A stretch of DNA of 64,000 nt from Fibrobacterales bacterium (GCA_051532055.1 JAOPTX010000037.1:67180-131179), one strand, 5' to 3'; numbered from the stretch's first letter, positions 29,180 through 39,848 are shown. The notes: generated by a model from the letters alone, not told the origin. Program-made: numbers and translations.

Positions 29180-31192
29180 ATGATTTCTATTTCTAAAATT
29201 GCATCGAGTATCATTATCCTCACCATCGGATCATCAATCGCTTGGTCAAATTCATTTTCGTGCTATGGAGAGGCCGAAGGTATTCTCATGAGTGCCGACC
29301 TCAATGATGCTGAAGTATTTGTTGATGCCCAACTCGCTAATGAATCAACTCTTATAGGTCAACAGCACTGCGTTGTAGCCGAGCTCATGAAACGATTAGG
29401 AGACTCTCGTGCAGAAGACCATTATAAAAAAGCAATCGCACTCGACCCACAAGAACCCGGTTGGGAATTATGGTATGCGAATTATCTGACTCAAGTACGA
29501 GGCTCTATGGTTCCCCTTCGTGAACAAGGAAAATTACACTACCTCCGGGCAATCGAAAAACTCAAACTAAAATATGACGGGAGATTAGATTCACTTTCTG
29601 AAGTCGACACGAATCTCTATAGTTGGATACAGAGAGGATATAGTAAAATGTATCAAGAGGATGGACTCCCTATAACCCCATGGTCGTGGCCTGCACGCTA
29701 CGAAACCCTCGACGCATCAGACTATTACCTCCCCGAACTTTTTCTTACCTATACGGGCCGATACACTCGTGGGCTCAGTGAATTTGATCGCCCCGACTTT
29801 GCCCGCTCACGAGCCAGTGAAGCGATCTGGGTGCGGGATGCCGAGTGGCGTGACCTCCTCTTTGATGATGACGTTAAACGTATCGCAACTCACGATAATG
29901 GTTCGGATATTTATAACACCATGGTGAGACTCCGCCTCCGTCATCCTCTCCTTACTTTCGAGGCTTATGCTAAAAAGATGGATATCGATGATGGTATGGT
30001 GGCCAGCTCTATGCTTTTTAATAGTGACAACCCAAATCACGCGGTCAATGGGTGGAGTGATTTTGCGACCATACAGGTGTTGAATGTTGGCGCCAGTGCA
30101 CAGCGATCGTTTAACCTCTACCCACTCATAGATGTGCATTGGGAGGTTGGTGTCAGCTCACAGCTCAATAGTGGCTTTATGGAATGGTACCCTGATCAAC
30201 AAGGAGCCGCCAATCAAATTGATAGTAAAATGAAGCTATCACGTTTTATTGGCCCAGACAAACTCATGCTCGACCTCTTCTATATGAATATGAACATTCA
30301 GGACTACACCTACCCTACACGAGTACTCTACGATGGGAATACTGCTGGACGAACCCTTATTAAACCGAGTATCACTTTAGAACGTGATCGGTATATGGCC
30401 GCGATCAAACTTGATTATGCGATCTATCGCCCCATACGACTTCCTTTTATGAGTAAGGCGCACTACACACGTGGTTGGCATTTTTATGGAGGCATGATGT
30501 TCGATTCCGAAAAGTGGTGGGGTGTTGACCCCAAAACTCATGGTGCACTGAGCATGGTGGACAGAACAATGCGTGCCCTTGACTCATTAAGTAATGACAG
30601 CACGACACTCACCATTAGACAGATGGAAGAGATGCAGCATATGAAAACACGTATCGACACCGCAGAGAGCGTTATACGCGACAGTTTACAGCTATCCTAT
30701 ACCAGCTCAATTGACTCTTCTCGGGCAAAGGTGCAAAACACCGACCTTTTTATTGGAACACACATTAAAGGCATAGGCAATTTTGACCTACAGCTCCAAT
30801 ACAGTTACTTCTATACCAAACCCTATGCTCATGATCCATACCTTGGCATAAAAAAGGAATCTCTCCACTATGCACAGTTCTTTAGCCATATTCTCTATAG
30901 AATTATCGATGAAGATGTGGTACCGGGCATGCCCGATTACTCATTTATCTCACCTATCTTTCTTCAGCTGAGCCTCCCCTTTTCCTATGACTATGCTATT
31001 GTAGGGCCTAAAGGCTATGAAAAAACGTTTGATACGGTGAAAGCCCAAGTAGAGATGCAGGCGAAATTTCTTATTAATCCACTCGGTGCCTATTTTATCG
31101 TTACCGGCGGTGGTGGCTACCAGTATTACCATACCCTAAAAACAGGATTTACACTTTTTAGTGGGAGCGTGAATATGGGATGGAAGTTTTAA
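29180..31192 (+). CDS. Hypothetical outer-membrane protein (N-terminal TPR, probable beta-barrel)
   Basis: Signal peptide; AEDHYKKAIALDP TPR; C-terminal SVNMGWKF beta-signal-like end. Confidence 0.55.
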   Translation: MISISKIASSIIILTIGSSIAWSNSFSCYGEAEGILMSADLNDAEVFVDAQLANESTLIGQQHCVVAELMKRLGDSRAEDHYKKAIALDPQEPGWELWYANYLTQVRGSMVPLREQGKLHYLRAIEKLKLKYDGRLDSLSEVDTNLYSWIQRGYSKMYQEDGLPITPWSWPARYETLDASDYYLPELFLTYTGRYTRGLSEFDRPDFARSRASEAIWVRDAEWRDLLFDDDVKRIATHDNGSDIYNTMVRLRLRHPLLTFEAYAKKMDIDDGMVASSMLFNSDNPNHAVNGWSDFATIQVLNVGASAQRSFNLYPLIDVHWEVGVSSQLNSGFMEWYPDQQGAANQIDSKMKLSRFIGPDKLMLDLFYMNMNIQDYTYPTRVLYDGNTAGRTLIKPSITLERDRYMAAIKLDYAIYRPIRLPFMSKAHYTRGWHFYGGMMFDSEKWWGVDPKTHGALSMVDRTMRALDSLSNDSTTLTIRQMEEMQHMKTRIDTAESVIRDSLQLSYTSSIDSSRAKVQNTDLFIGTHIKGIGNFDLQLQYSYFYTKPYAHDPYLGIKKESLHYAQFFSHILYRIIDEDVVPGMPDYSFISPIFLQLSLPFSYDYAIVGPKGYEKTFDTVKAQVEMQAKFLINPLGAYFIVTGGGGYQYYHTLKTGFTLFSGSVNMGWKF

Positions 31193-31237
31193 CATTTCCA
31201 ATTGAGAAACATGACTCTATAATGAGAAAGTGTTCAC

Positions 31238-31270
31238 CTGAAGGCTCACCTAGACTAGATGAGTCTTCAG
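31238..31270. terminator. Long hairpin after the OM protein gene
   Basis: ctgaaggctca...tgagtcttcag stem. Confidence 0.5.
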
Positions 31271-31449
31271 TTACGTAAAGTCCATGCCTATTAATCCTCA
31301 AAAAACTCTATTATATCACTCCCCCCCAACCCAACTGCACTACCCCATTATATTACCCCATTGTGGTTTATTTATAGGACTTAATAACGATATGTGATAT
31401 ACTATACATATAAGCACGGGTACAGACGGGCTATAAATGAGGGGGTAGT

Positions 31450-33786
31450 ATGCCACTATTTCTAATCAAAAGTACACTCATTAAGGCAAGTGCTCTGTTC
31501 GTGTTTCTTTTGCCAATATTCTCACATAGTAACGAAAGCGACCCCTATTCAGACCTTTTTGATATGTCAATAGTTGAACTCATGCAACAGAAAGTGACGG
31601 TACAAAAACGAGAAGAGAGCATCAGTTCAGTACCCGTATCAGTAACACTTCTCACCTCACATGACATAGAGAATGCAGATATTCAAAATGTATCTGCACT
31701 TGAGCTTCTTGCTCCAGGAGTGCGCTATGGAGAATCGGGTTCTGATGCGCGCCTCTCTATTCGTGGTACCCGCACCAATGACATTAGAACAGGCAGTGCC
31801 CAAGTAGTAGGAGTCTTTATTGACGGGGTCTATATTCCGTCAACAACACAGGCTCTTTCTCAATTTTTAGATGTAGAACGCATAGAAGTGGTCCGTGGCC
31901 CTCAAGGCCTCCTCTATGGGAGGAACACCTTTGGGGGTGCAATCAATGTCATCTCCCACGCCCCCTCAGACTCTTTAGAATCGAAGGCACAGATAACCAT
32001 TGGCGACTACAATCGAAGAAGAGTGGAAGCGATGATCAATATACCCATGAATCAACTCTTTCAATTGAGAATTGCAGGTATGAGTGAAGAACATGATGGA
32101 TATGTTAAAAACCTCCACCCCGGAAAAGGTGATGGCCTGAAAGATGAAAACCAATGGCTCCTTAAATCTGCACTTCGTTTTAAACTGAATCATACCTTTG
32201 AAGCCATTACACGAGTACAGTATTCGAAACAAGATAAAAATGGCAATGGAGACTTTGGCTATATGGTTCTCGGCTCTGTCATTAATCCCACCACAGGTCT
32301 TACCGATCTCAAGGGTGATTTTGTAAAAACAAACCCTCGTAATGGAACCTTTGGGAGCACTCCCGATAAGGGCCCCTACGAAATTTACCGAGACTATCCA
32401 AACAATCAAAAAACAGAAGTGATCCACACCAACATCACAATAAACGCCTCATTTGATTATGTCACACTCAAATCCATATCAGCGTATAACAATTTTTCCG
32501 TTGATCAATGGGTCGACGGGGATTTAAGCGATAAATCGTTTGCTGCTGTCGGGACTCCATCTCATTCAGTAGATTACTTTCAAGAGTTTCAAATACTCTC
32601 AACTGAAAAGAGCCCTTTAGAATGGTTCTTAGGATCATATACTCAATATTCAAATATGGGTGATAGAGACAAACGGTATGGAGCCTATATCTACGATGAG
32701 CTCCTCACCACAACCAATCATGACAACAATGCAACGACCCCAACCCAAGTAACAGACATCCTTGCACCAGGATACGAATGGGCAACAGTCAGCGAAACGC
32801 AACTCACCATACTTTCACTCTTTGGTCAGGTTGGCTATACCTTCGACAACACCATCCACCTGTCAGGTGGTATGAGATTTAATCGAGAAACTCGAGAAGT
32901 AGGCGCATGGTACTTGCCCATGAGCTGGTCTCCTACCCTTACTAAAGTCGATAGTAACGAAAACACATGGAACAACCTCACCTGGCAAGGGACCATCGAT
33001 TATACATTCTCAAACAACGCACTCCTCTATTTCTCTGCATCGGCAGGATTTAGGACCGGTGGCTTTAATGAGTCAAATGACCCTAAGCCAACATTTGATG
33101 AAGAGACGGTGACAGCCTATGAGTTAGGATATAAAACAACACTATTCGACCACACGCTTAATCTCAATCTGGCGACCTTTTACAACCGGTACAGAGATAT
33201 GCAAAGCCAAGAGCTCGTTACCGTTGATCAAACCGTAGTACCTTTTACAGCCAATGCAGGAGCTATTGACGCAGCAGGACTGGAAGCCGAGCTCGACTGG
33301 ATTCCCACTACAAACTGGAATATTGGTGTAACAGTTGCATTCCTCAATGCTGAATTTGGAGATTACATTGTTTCAAACCCCTTTGAGCAAAAAGACTCTA
33401 CCAGTACACATCCAGGATATTTTAATTTGAACGGGAGCAGTGTTCCTCTTTCACCTACTTTATCAAGTTCCATTCAAATCAGTTATAAATATACCTTTCA
33501 GAATGGGTTTGCTCTGATACCGTATCTTCAAACTTATTACTCAAGTAGCTTTTGGACCAATGATATTAATGCACCGGGTACCGAACAAGAAGCCTATACT
33601 AAAAGTGATTTGAGGCTTTCACTGGTAAGTCCTCAAAAGAATATAGCACTGCAATTCTATATGAAGAATATCGAAAATACCGCAGTGCTCAATAGAACCA
33701 TTATCAGTACCTCGGGACGATCACATATTTGGGCTAATTATCAAGACCCACGGACTATGGGACTGACGGTTAAGATGAGTTATTAA
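31450..33786 (+). CDS. TonB-dependent receptor
   Basis: Plug motifs LSIRG, VGVFIDGVY, DVERIEVVRGPQGLLYGRNTFGGAINVI; GFRTGGFN; C-terminal PRTMGLTVKMSY. Confidence 0.95.
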   Translation: MPLFLIKSTLIKASALFVFLLPIFSHSNESDPYSDLFDMSIVELMQQKVTVQKREESISSVPVSVTLLTSHDIENADIQNVSALELLAPGVRYGESGSDARLSIRGTRTNDIRTGSAQVVGVFIDGVYIPSTTQALSQFLDVERIEVVRGPQGLLYGRNTFGGAINVISHAPSDSLESKAQITIGDYNRRRVEAMINIPMNQLFQLRIAGMSEEHDGYVKNLHPGKGDGLKDENQWLLKSALRFKLNHTFEAITRVQYSKQDKNGNGDFGYMVLGSVINPTTGLTDLKGDFVKTNPRNGTFGSTPDKGPYEIYRDYPNNQKTEVIHTNITINASFDYVTLKSISAYNNFSVDQWVDGDLSDKSFAAVGTPSHSVDYFQEFQILSTEKSPLEWFLGSYTQYSNMGDRDKRYGAYIYDELLTTTNHDNNATTPTQVTDILAPGYEWATVSETQLTILSLFGQVGYTFDNTIHLSGGMRFNRETREVGAWYLPMSWSPTLTKVDSNENTWNNLTWQGTIDYTFSNNALLYFSASAGFRTGGFNESNDPKPTFDEETVTAYELGYKTTLFDHTLNLNLATFYNRYRDMQSQELVTVDQTVVPFTANAGAIDAAGLEAELDWIPTTNWNIGVTVAFLNAEFGDYIVSNPFEQKDSTSTHPGYFNLNGSSVPLSPTLSSSIQISYKYTFQNGFALIPYLQTYYSSSFWTNDINAPGTEQEAYTKSDLRLSLVSPQKNIALQFYMKNIENTAVLNRTIISTSGRSHIWANYQDPRTMGLTVKMSY

Positions 33787-33812
33787 CACTCAACAATTAT
33801 TAAATAAAAAAA

Positions 33813-33840
33813 AGCGGTTCTTCCTTAAGAAAGAACCGCT
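33813..33840. terminator. Terminator between convergent TonB receptor and cheW
   Basis: agcggttctt...aagaaccgct with A-tract on the left (U-tract on - strand). Confidence 0.75.
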
Positions 33841-33864
33841 ATGTATGTTAAATTTTAGATAGCA

Positions 33865-34377
33865 TCACTCAGCATCAATCGCAGCCATCGCTTCCATATC
33901 ACCAACCGACATAATTTTATTAATATCAAGAAGCATAATCACTCGGGAGTTTATTTTTGCAACTGACGTAATAAATTCAACAGAAATCCCCTCTCCAAAA
34001 GTCGGGGTTTCCTGAAGCTGACTCTCACTAATGTAGAGCACTTCAGATACACTATCGATTAGGAAGCCCATTACCACTTCACCACGAGCAGCCCCGACTT
34101 GTACCACAACGATACAGGTGTTATCTGTATTTTCAACAGAATCCATTGAAAACTTAGCACGCAATTCTACAATAGGAATGACACTCCCTCGCAGATTAAT
34201 CACCCCTTTAATGTATTCTGGTGTATGGGGTATCGGTGTAATTTTTTGTTGCTGAATAATGCGCTGTACTTTTAGAATTGAGACACCATACTCTTCGGTT
34301 CCCAATTTAAAAGTGAGGTATTTACCTTCAGCGCTCTCAACTAATCTATCCACTATGGTTGATTCTTTACTAGTCAT
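33865..34377 (-). CDS. cheW: Chemotaxis coupling protein CheW
   Basis: KYLTFKLGTEEYG, IKGVINLRGSVIPIV, GFLIDSVSEV. Confidence 0.95.
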   Translation of the reverse strand: MTSKESTIVDRLVESAEGKYLTFKLGTEEYGVSILKVQRIIQQQKITPIPHTPEYIKGVINLRGSVIPIVELRAKFSMDSVENTDNTCIVVVQVGAARGEVVMGFLIDSVSEVLYISESQLQETPTFGEGISVEFITSVAKINSRVIMLLDINKIMSVGDMEAMAAIDAE

Positions 34378-34389
34378 ATGTTCCCTCCC

Positions 34390-36435
34390 TTAGAAAGACT
34401 TCAAATCAGAGTCATCATCCATGCGAAAATCGTTATTTACCTCGTATGAGTGATTGGTAACCTGCTGAGCAGTATGAGTAAGTTGTAGTGGAGTCTGAGT
34501 AGCCACACCATTAGTCCCCCGTACAATTTTAATAACTTCATTGACCATACTATTCATTTCACTCGCTTGCGACGCACTCTCTTCTGACACCGCTGAGTTT
34601 TCTTGAATAACTTTATCCATATTACTCACCGTCATATTGAGCTGATTAATACCCTCAGCCTGTTCTGTACTTGCTGCAGCAACTTCTGCTATGAGTGAAT
34701 TAACTTTATCGACAGACTCACTAACACTCTCTAATAGACCATCAACTTCAGTCGCAGCAGCAACACCATTATCAGCATTGATCTGAGACTTTTCAATGAG
34801 AACGGTGGTATCATTTGCAGCCTCTGCACTCCGCTGAGCAAGATTCCGAACCTCTTCGGCCACAACAGCAAATCCTTTACCCGCATCACCGGCTCGGGCT
34901 GCTTCAACTGCCGCATTGAGGGCAAGTAAATTTGTTTGAAAGGCAATCTCATTAATATTTTTTACAATTTTTGCCGTTTCGTCACTCGATGCCTTGATTT
35001 CAGTAACTGCTGAAGCCATTTTTTTCATAGCATCACGACTGGTGTTCGTTGTGGTACTCGCACTGATAGATAGATCTTTAGCCTTCTTGGTATTATCAGC
35101 ATTTTGTGTCGTCATTGAAGCCAGCTCTTCTAGAGTACTCGAGATCTCTTCTACTGCTGCGGCTTGTTGTGTTGCGCCCGTTGCGATATTTTGACTCGCA
35201 CTATTAACCTCTGTAGCCGAGCTCGATAGAGAATCAATAATTCTATTAAACTGATTTTTTACTCCCGTCAACTCAACAGTACTGAGCCCTTGTAATCCTT
35301 GGAATATACTTTTAAAAGAAGTCACAATACCCCCTGCTATAAGCAACAATACAATCACGCATGCCGCTATTGTAACAAGAGACCCAATAATCGTAACCGT
35401 CTGGGCCGTTGAACCAGTCGACTCAGCATCTGCTTGACGAGCCCCCATCAACGTTTCTTCACGTTCTATAAACGTATGTACTTGCCCACGAAACTTATCA
35501 AAATATTTTTTCCCTCGCGCTTCACCAATAAGAGCGGCCATATCATTCATCGACTTCGCCTCACCAATTTGTCTCCGGAGTACAATATTTGGCTCGGTGA
35601 CATTTTTTTGCCAATCACTGATAATACCTTCAATCTCGGTGAGTAATGACACCTGAGCCGGGTTATCACTCACCGACCGTTTAAGTTTTGTAATTGTTGC
35701 AGTAAAACCTGTTTTACCATTATTATAGGGATCTAAAAATGACTCTTTACCCGCAAGCATATAGCCACGCATTCCCGTTTCCATATTAACTGCTTCACCA
35801 AGAATAAGGTCTGCTTGTTCTATCACTTCATAGGTATGATTTACCCAATTTGCATTTTTCCGAATTACAGCAACATTGTTAGATTTATTAACCGCTGCTT
35901 GCCGCTTGCCTATTAATTTCTTTTCTCGACTCACAAAGAGCGCTATCTTTTCTCTAAAGGCATCAAAATACTGTTTTCCTTTCTCTTCTCTAATAAGGTC
36001 TCTCACATCATCCATCGATTTAGAATCACGTATTTGTTTCCTCAGTGCAATGGTAGGCTCAGTTACCTTATTTTGCCACTCACCAATATTCTCATCTATC
36101 TCATTTAAGAGTTGTACTTGGGCAGGATTATCACTCACGGTTTGTTTAAGCTCTTTCACCCGTACTTGAAAGGCGTTTTTACCGCCAACGTAGGGATCAA
36201 GAAACCCATCTTTACCTGCAAGGAGAAAGCCACGCATCCCAGTCTCCATATCGACAGCTGCTGCTTCTATATCCATTGCCTTTTGAATAACATTATGAGT
36301 ATGATCGACCATCTTATTACTGGTCAGGAGTGAACTGATACTCCCAAACACCACTATTGATAGCACAACTAATAATAAAAGTGGACTCCCGACACCGGCA
36401 ACCATTTTAACTTTTAAGCTTACATTCTTAAACAT
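34390..36435 (-). CDS. Methyl-accepting chemotaxis protein with tandem CHASE3 domains
   Basis: Duplicated VxHTxxVI...METGMRG(F/Y)xLAGKxxFLDPY...[11 protein letters not shown] hairpin tip. Confidence 0.93.
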   Translation of the reverse strand: MFKNVSLKVKMVAGVGSPLLLLVVLSIVVFGSISSLLTSNKMVDHTHNVIQKAMDIEAAAVDMETGMRGFLLAGKDGFLDPYVGGKNAFQVRVKELKQTVSDNPAQVQLLNEIDENIGEWQNKVTEPTIALRKQIRDSKSMDDVRDLIREEKGKQYFDAFREKIALFVSREKKLIGKRQAAVNKSNNVAVIRKNANWVNHTYEVIEQADLILGEAVNMETGMRGYMLAGKESFLDPYNNGKTGFTATITKLKRSVSDNPAQVSLLTEIEGIISDWQKNVTEPNIVLRRQIGEAKSMNDMAALIGEARGKKYFDKFRGQVHTFIEREETLMGARQADAESTGSTAQTVTIIGSLVTIAACVIVLLLIAGGIVTSFKSIFQGLQGLSTVELTGVKNQFNRIIDSLSSSATEVNSASQNIATGATQQAAAVEEISSTLEELASMTTQNADNTKKAKDLSISASTTTNTSRDAMKKMASAVTEIKASSDETAKIVKNINEIAFQTNLLALNAAVEAARAGDAGKGFAVVAEEVRNLAQRSAEAANDTTVLIEKSQINADNGVAAATEVDGLLESVSESVDKVNSLIAEVAAASTEQAEGINQLNMTVSNMDKVIQENSAVSEESASQASEMNSMVNEVIKIVRGTNGVATQTPLQLTHTAQQVTNHSYEVNNDFRMDDDSDLKSF

Positions 36436-36524
36436 ACAATCTCCTTGTTTGTAACGATCATATCCTAAAACACTGCAATAAACCAGTAAATAATTCCATA
36501 TGTATGCTTACATCCAAATGATTA

Positions 36525-36554
36525 TTAAAACTACCTGAATTCAGGTAGTTTTAA
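36525..36554. promoter_or_regulatory. 30-bp perfect palindrome containing TACCTGAATTCAGGTA
   Basis: ttaaaactacctgaattcaggtagttttaa; core recurs at 38473, 38505 and 39015. Confidence 0.65.
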
Positions 36555-36827
36555 GTGCGCCCCATGTATCCCATAGAAAAATATGCCACTAAAACCCCTA
36601 GCAAGTAGTATGATACACTATCAAATAGCACAACCACAAACCGTTCATTTAAAACCCATAAAAATCAACAGAAGTCAATAAAAAAAATGTGTTTTTTATT
36701 TATCACAACCTATAAACTTGTATCAACATTTTATCCCCCATAAAATAGTTGTGATCCAATAAACTTTCCCTTTTTTATGTACAGTCCTTCCACTAATTAT
36801 TACACTCAGAAGAGTAGAGGAGAACAT

Positions 36828-37115
36828 ATGCAATTTACACCACAGCATAAAGAGACAATTTTATCAGCACTCACCCTAATGAGTAGAAACGAGGCGAGCG
36901 CTGGAGACTTTATAGAACTTAAGCATAAACTTCTCGATACCAACCTCTATAATGAAGTTACCCAAGAGCTTATGTTCACTGATAAAGAGCTGTATCTCGT
37001 ACAGACAGCCCTCCAGTCACTTCATGAAGTGTACAACAAGCCATTCTATAAGAGTGCACCACAACTTCCCCTCATACAAGATCTCATTGATTGGTACTTA
37101 GTAAGTATTGATTAA
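36828..37115 (+). CDS. Hypothetical protein
   Basis: ORF with GAGGAG RBS before ATG 36828. Confidence 0.6.
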   Translation: MQFTPQHKETILSALTLMSRNEASAGDFIELKHKLLDTNLYNEVTQELMFTDKELYLVQTALQSLHEVYNKPFYKSAPQLPLIQDLIDWYLVSID

Positions 37116-37426
37116 ACAGAAGGACGAATACTTCCATCATTGGGGTATATTGCATGGAGCTCAAGCATGCGCTCGAAACGGGCAAACCGATCAAAGATTT
37201 GATTTAACTCTTGGGTAAAGCTCGCAACATTATCTTCCAACAGATCTTTTTCACTAATAGCGAGTAATCGTTCTCTACTTTGAAGTAAGTGTCTTTCGAG
37301 ACGTTTAAAAATTTCCTTTTCAAACACTGAAGCTATTTCGTTCGATTTCTGATCGATACGCTCTGACAAGAGCAATGCTTTGTGCCATTTTTTAATATAG
37401 TCTGATTTTGCTACAGTATGCTTCAT
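37112..37426 (-). CDS. Hypothetical helical protein
   Basis: 104-aa ORF, convergent with the previous gene, sharing TTAA stop. Confidence 0.55.
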   Translation of the reverse strand: MKHTVAKSDYIKKWHKALLLSERIDQKSNEIASVFEKEIFKRLERHLLQSRERLLAISEKDLLEDNVASFTQELNQIFDRFARFERMLELHAIYPNDGSIRPSV

Positions 37427-37529
37427 AGTTTAATGGTACCCTATAACTCAGCAACAAACCATACTTATAGTTGGGTAAGACCACCCCACGGTATCCAAAT
37501 CCCCAAAGAGCTCATACTGTTCAATAAAA

Positions 37530-37557
37530 AAAGGCTATCTTATTACAGATAGCCTTT
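37530..37557 (-). terminator. Intrinsic terminator of the CBM32 gene
   Basis: aaaggctatct...agatagccttt with U-tract on - strand. Confidence 0.75.
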
Positions 37558-37589
37558 CCATAGTCCCTATTTGTGTATTTGGATAATTA

Positions 37590-38294
37590 TTATTGTGGCA
37601 CTTCTGAGCCAGAACCAATAATAACCCAACCATAGCGCATAGAAGTAACAGGAGTACTTGCACCAAGACACACCATTACACGATCGGTAAGTGAGTAATG
37701 ACCAGTACGTGATACAATTACTTTACCTACGATATCTTCGGTACAGTTTTCTAGAGGCGAACCACCAGAAGTATTGTCAAATTTTGAAAGCGTAAGAGAC
37801 TGAGCAGTGAGGTTTGGCGCTGCACTCTCTGTATATACTTCAACTTCATAGAGTGAAAACCCATACTGAGTTGCTCTCTCTACCAGAATAACTTTCATAA
37901 AACGATAGTCACCAAAATCTTGAACAATTTCATCAATCCCACCATCACCATTTGCATTAGTGTGTGAAATACCTGTGGTCCAGTTGTATTGATCATGTGA
38001 AAATTGAAGTTTATAATAAGTTGCATGAGCAGCCTCCCATTTGAGTACTACTTTTTGAATATCAGTTGTTTCACCAAGGTCAACAACTAATTCTTGATTG
38101 TTTTGAAATACAGAAGCCCAACGACTCGCATCATCACCATCAGTAAGATTAGATGCTTCGTAAAGATATGATTCTGTTGATGACGCAATAACCGTTGCCC
38201 CACCTGAAACAAGTTCAAAGTTTTGTGCTGAAGTAACAGTCGCTGCAAGTGCAAGAGTAATTGCTGCTGTTTTTAAAGTCGTTAATAATGTCAT
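37590..38294 (-). CDS. Secreted discoidin/F5-8 type C (CBM32) domain protein
   Basis: Signal peptide; ASSTE, NLTDGDDASRWAS, LVVDLG, LKWEAA, RATQYGFSLYEVEVY. Confidence 0.9.
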   Translation of the reverse strand: MTLLTTLKTAAITLALAATVTSAQNFELVSGGATVIASSTESYLYEASNLTDGDDASRWASVFQNNQELVVDLGETTDIQKVVLKWEAAHATYYKLQFSHDQYNWTTGISHTNANGDGGIDEIVQDFGDYRFMKVILVERATQYGFSLYEVEVYTESAAPNLTAQSLTLSKFDNTSGGSPLENCTEDIVGKVIVSRTGHYSLTDRVMVCLGASTPVTSMRYGWVIIGSGSEVPQ

Positions 38295-38402
38295 AGGTAT
38301 TTTCCTTTGTGGTTTATTTTGAGTCTAACGCTCAACTAAAATGAATGATACGAAATAGATTTATTTCTAAAAAGGAGCGACCACTCAATCACTTTCTTTA
38401 CC

Positions 38403-38460
38403 GTTCCTATAGCGTACTTGAATGTACCTATATCGTACTCGGATGTACCAAAAGCGTACT
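38403..38460. repeat. Helically phased GTAC repeats (21-bp direct repeat x2.5)
   Basis: GTAC at 38414, 38424, 38435, 38445, 38456. Confidence 0.75.
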
Positions 38461-38472
38461 CAAAAATTGCAA

Positions 38473-38520
38473 TACCAGAATTCAGGTATATTACAAAATA
38501 TTACTACCTGAATTCTGGTA
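38473..38520. promoter_or_regulatory. Tandem TACCWGAATTCWGGTA palindromes
   Basis: TACCAGAATTCAGGTA (38473) and its exact reverse complement TACCTGAATTCTGGTA (38505), 32 bp apart. Confidence 0.65.
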
Positions 38521-38625
38521 GTCTACCACACACCTTATGTAACCTACTGTAAAAGAGATCCAAAAGACTCAAACCAATACTTAATTTTGTTTACCAAGTA
38601 AAAACATAATAGTATATCTATCCAT

Positions 38626-38722
38626 AGAGTAGTTGAGAGGGACTGCTCTTCTTAACCATTTACTACTAATCAGCCACACCCTATGCTTAGACTTCCCTCT
38701 GACTATAGGTGGCTGATTTTTT
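38626..38722 (+). ncRNA. Candidate sRNA/attenuator
   Basis: TTTACC-N17-TATATC upstream; 5' hairpin plus aatcagccac/gtggctgatt terminator with U-tract. Confidence 0.4.
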
Positions 38723-38820
38723 AATGGATAATTGTTAACATGATTTTTCTCGAGGCTCTTCTAACGCTTGATCAACAACTTTGCTAAGCTAAACTAAAAC
38801 ATTCAACACGCCAAACAACC

Positions 38821-38944
38821 AAAAAAAAAACTCTCCCGAGTTTCTGTAAGCACAATGTTCAAGATGAAAGAGGTTTGAAGCATTACACTCTTTTCGGTTT
38901 GTTAGCAGACAATTGACCGAAACGAATTACTCGGGAAGAGTTTC
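38821..38944. ncRNA. Candidate structured sRNA
   Basis: Closing stem aaactctcccgagt/actcgggaagagttt enclosing two hairpins. Confidence 0.4.
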
Positions 38945-39014
38945 ATTTAAATATATACTCTCGGAGCGAAAGAGAAAGAGACAATGATTACTTTTAGGCC
39001 ATTTCAGGTCAAAA

Positions 39015-39030
39015 TACCTGAATTCAGGTA
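39015..39030. promoter_or_regulatory. TACCTGAATTCAGGTA palindrome (4th copy)
   Basis: Exact match to the core at 36532. Confidence 0.6.
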
Positions 39031-39080
39031 TAGGTTTACATCAAAAAACTATACTCATTGAGTGTGTAGACAAGGGTATT

Positions 39081-39596
39081 TTAATGAATCGTTGGAGTTT
39101 CTTCGAGTTCTCGTATAATCATCTCAAGGATATATTTTTTGTCACTTATGCCATAACCATCCCACCGCCTTAATATCTCTCCTTTAGGGTTACAGATTAA
39201 GAGAGTCGGCATTCCTTTAATATTAAGCGATTTGGCACTTGCCTTAAGGGAATCATGCACCAGAATGGTGTTCACTCCTACTGGGCGATAAAAAGACTGT
39301 GCACTCTCATATGACTCATCAATACTGATTGCAAATACTCCGACAGACCTACTACTCAAAGAGTCAACACTCGGAAGTGCCACGCGACAGGGTACGCACC
39401 ATGAGGCCCAAAATTCTATGACAATAAGGTCTCCTGGTACCTGCTGAGGAGCAGTAGCCCCCTTTGAATGAAGTCGTGTAAATTGATCGTTCCAGAAAGG
39501 TACTGTTTCAATCTCTGCAAATAGAAGACCCCCATTCCACAATACCACCAATAGGATACTTTTTAAAAAGACTCTACTCACTACTTCGCACCCCAT
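39081..39596 (-). CDS. TlpA-family thiol-disulfide oxidoreductase
   Basis: FWASWCVPCR, AISIDE, GMPT; start uncertain. Confidence 0.88.
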   Translation of the reverse strand: MGCEVVSRVFLKSILLVVLWNGGLLFAEIETVPFWNDQFTRLHSKGATAPQQVPGDLIVIEFWASWCVPCRVALPSVDSLSSRSVGVFAISIDESYESAQSFYRPVGVNTILVHDSLKASAKSLNIKGMPTLLICNPKGEILRRWDGYGISDKKYILEMIIRELEETPTIH

Positions 39597-39801
39597 ATTT
39601 ATCCGAATGACACTGAGATAAATATAACAACTGATAGTGCATCTCTGCAAAGAGGACTATTCAAACCGAAGATCTGGTCTACGATAATAAACAAAATATT
39701 ATTATTTCTAAATATAAATATGGTCTTTTAATATTCTTTATGAGATACTTGCCATACCCCAGTAGGTAGGCCCATCCCCAAACGAGCCTACCACTATATA
39801 A

Positions 39802-39848
39802 TAGCCCGGTGTCGTTTTGCCCTCATATAAAACCACCGGGCTGTTTTT
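39802..39848. terminator. Hairpin at the end of the GGDEF-EAL gene
   Basis: tagcccggtg...caccgggctg stem. Confidence 0.5.

Noticed and set aside
38619..38660. SAM-I riboswitch (atc..agag..gagggactg)
   Set aside because: Missing GCAACC, GGTGC and the closing GAT elements; no methionine-related gene downstream
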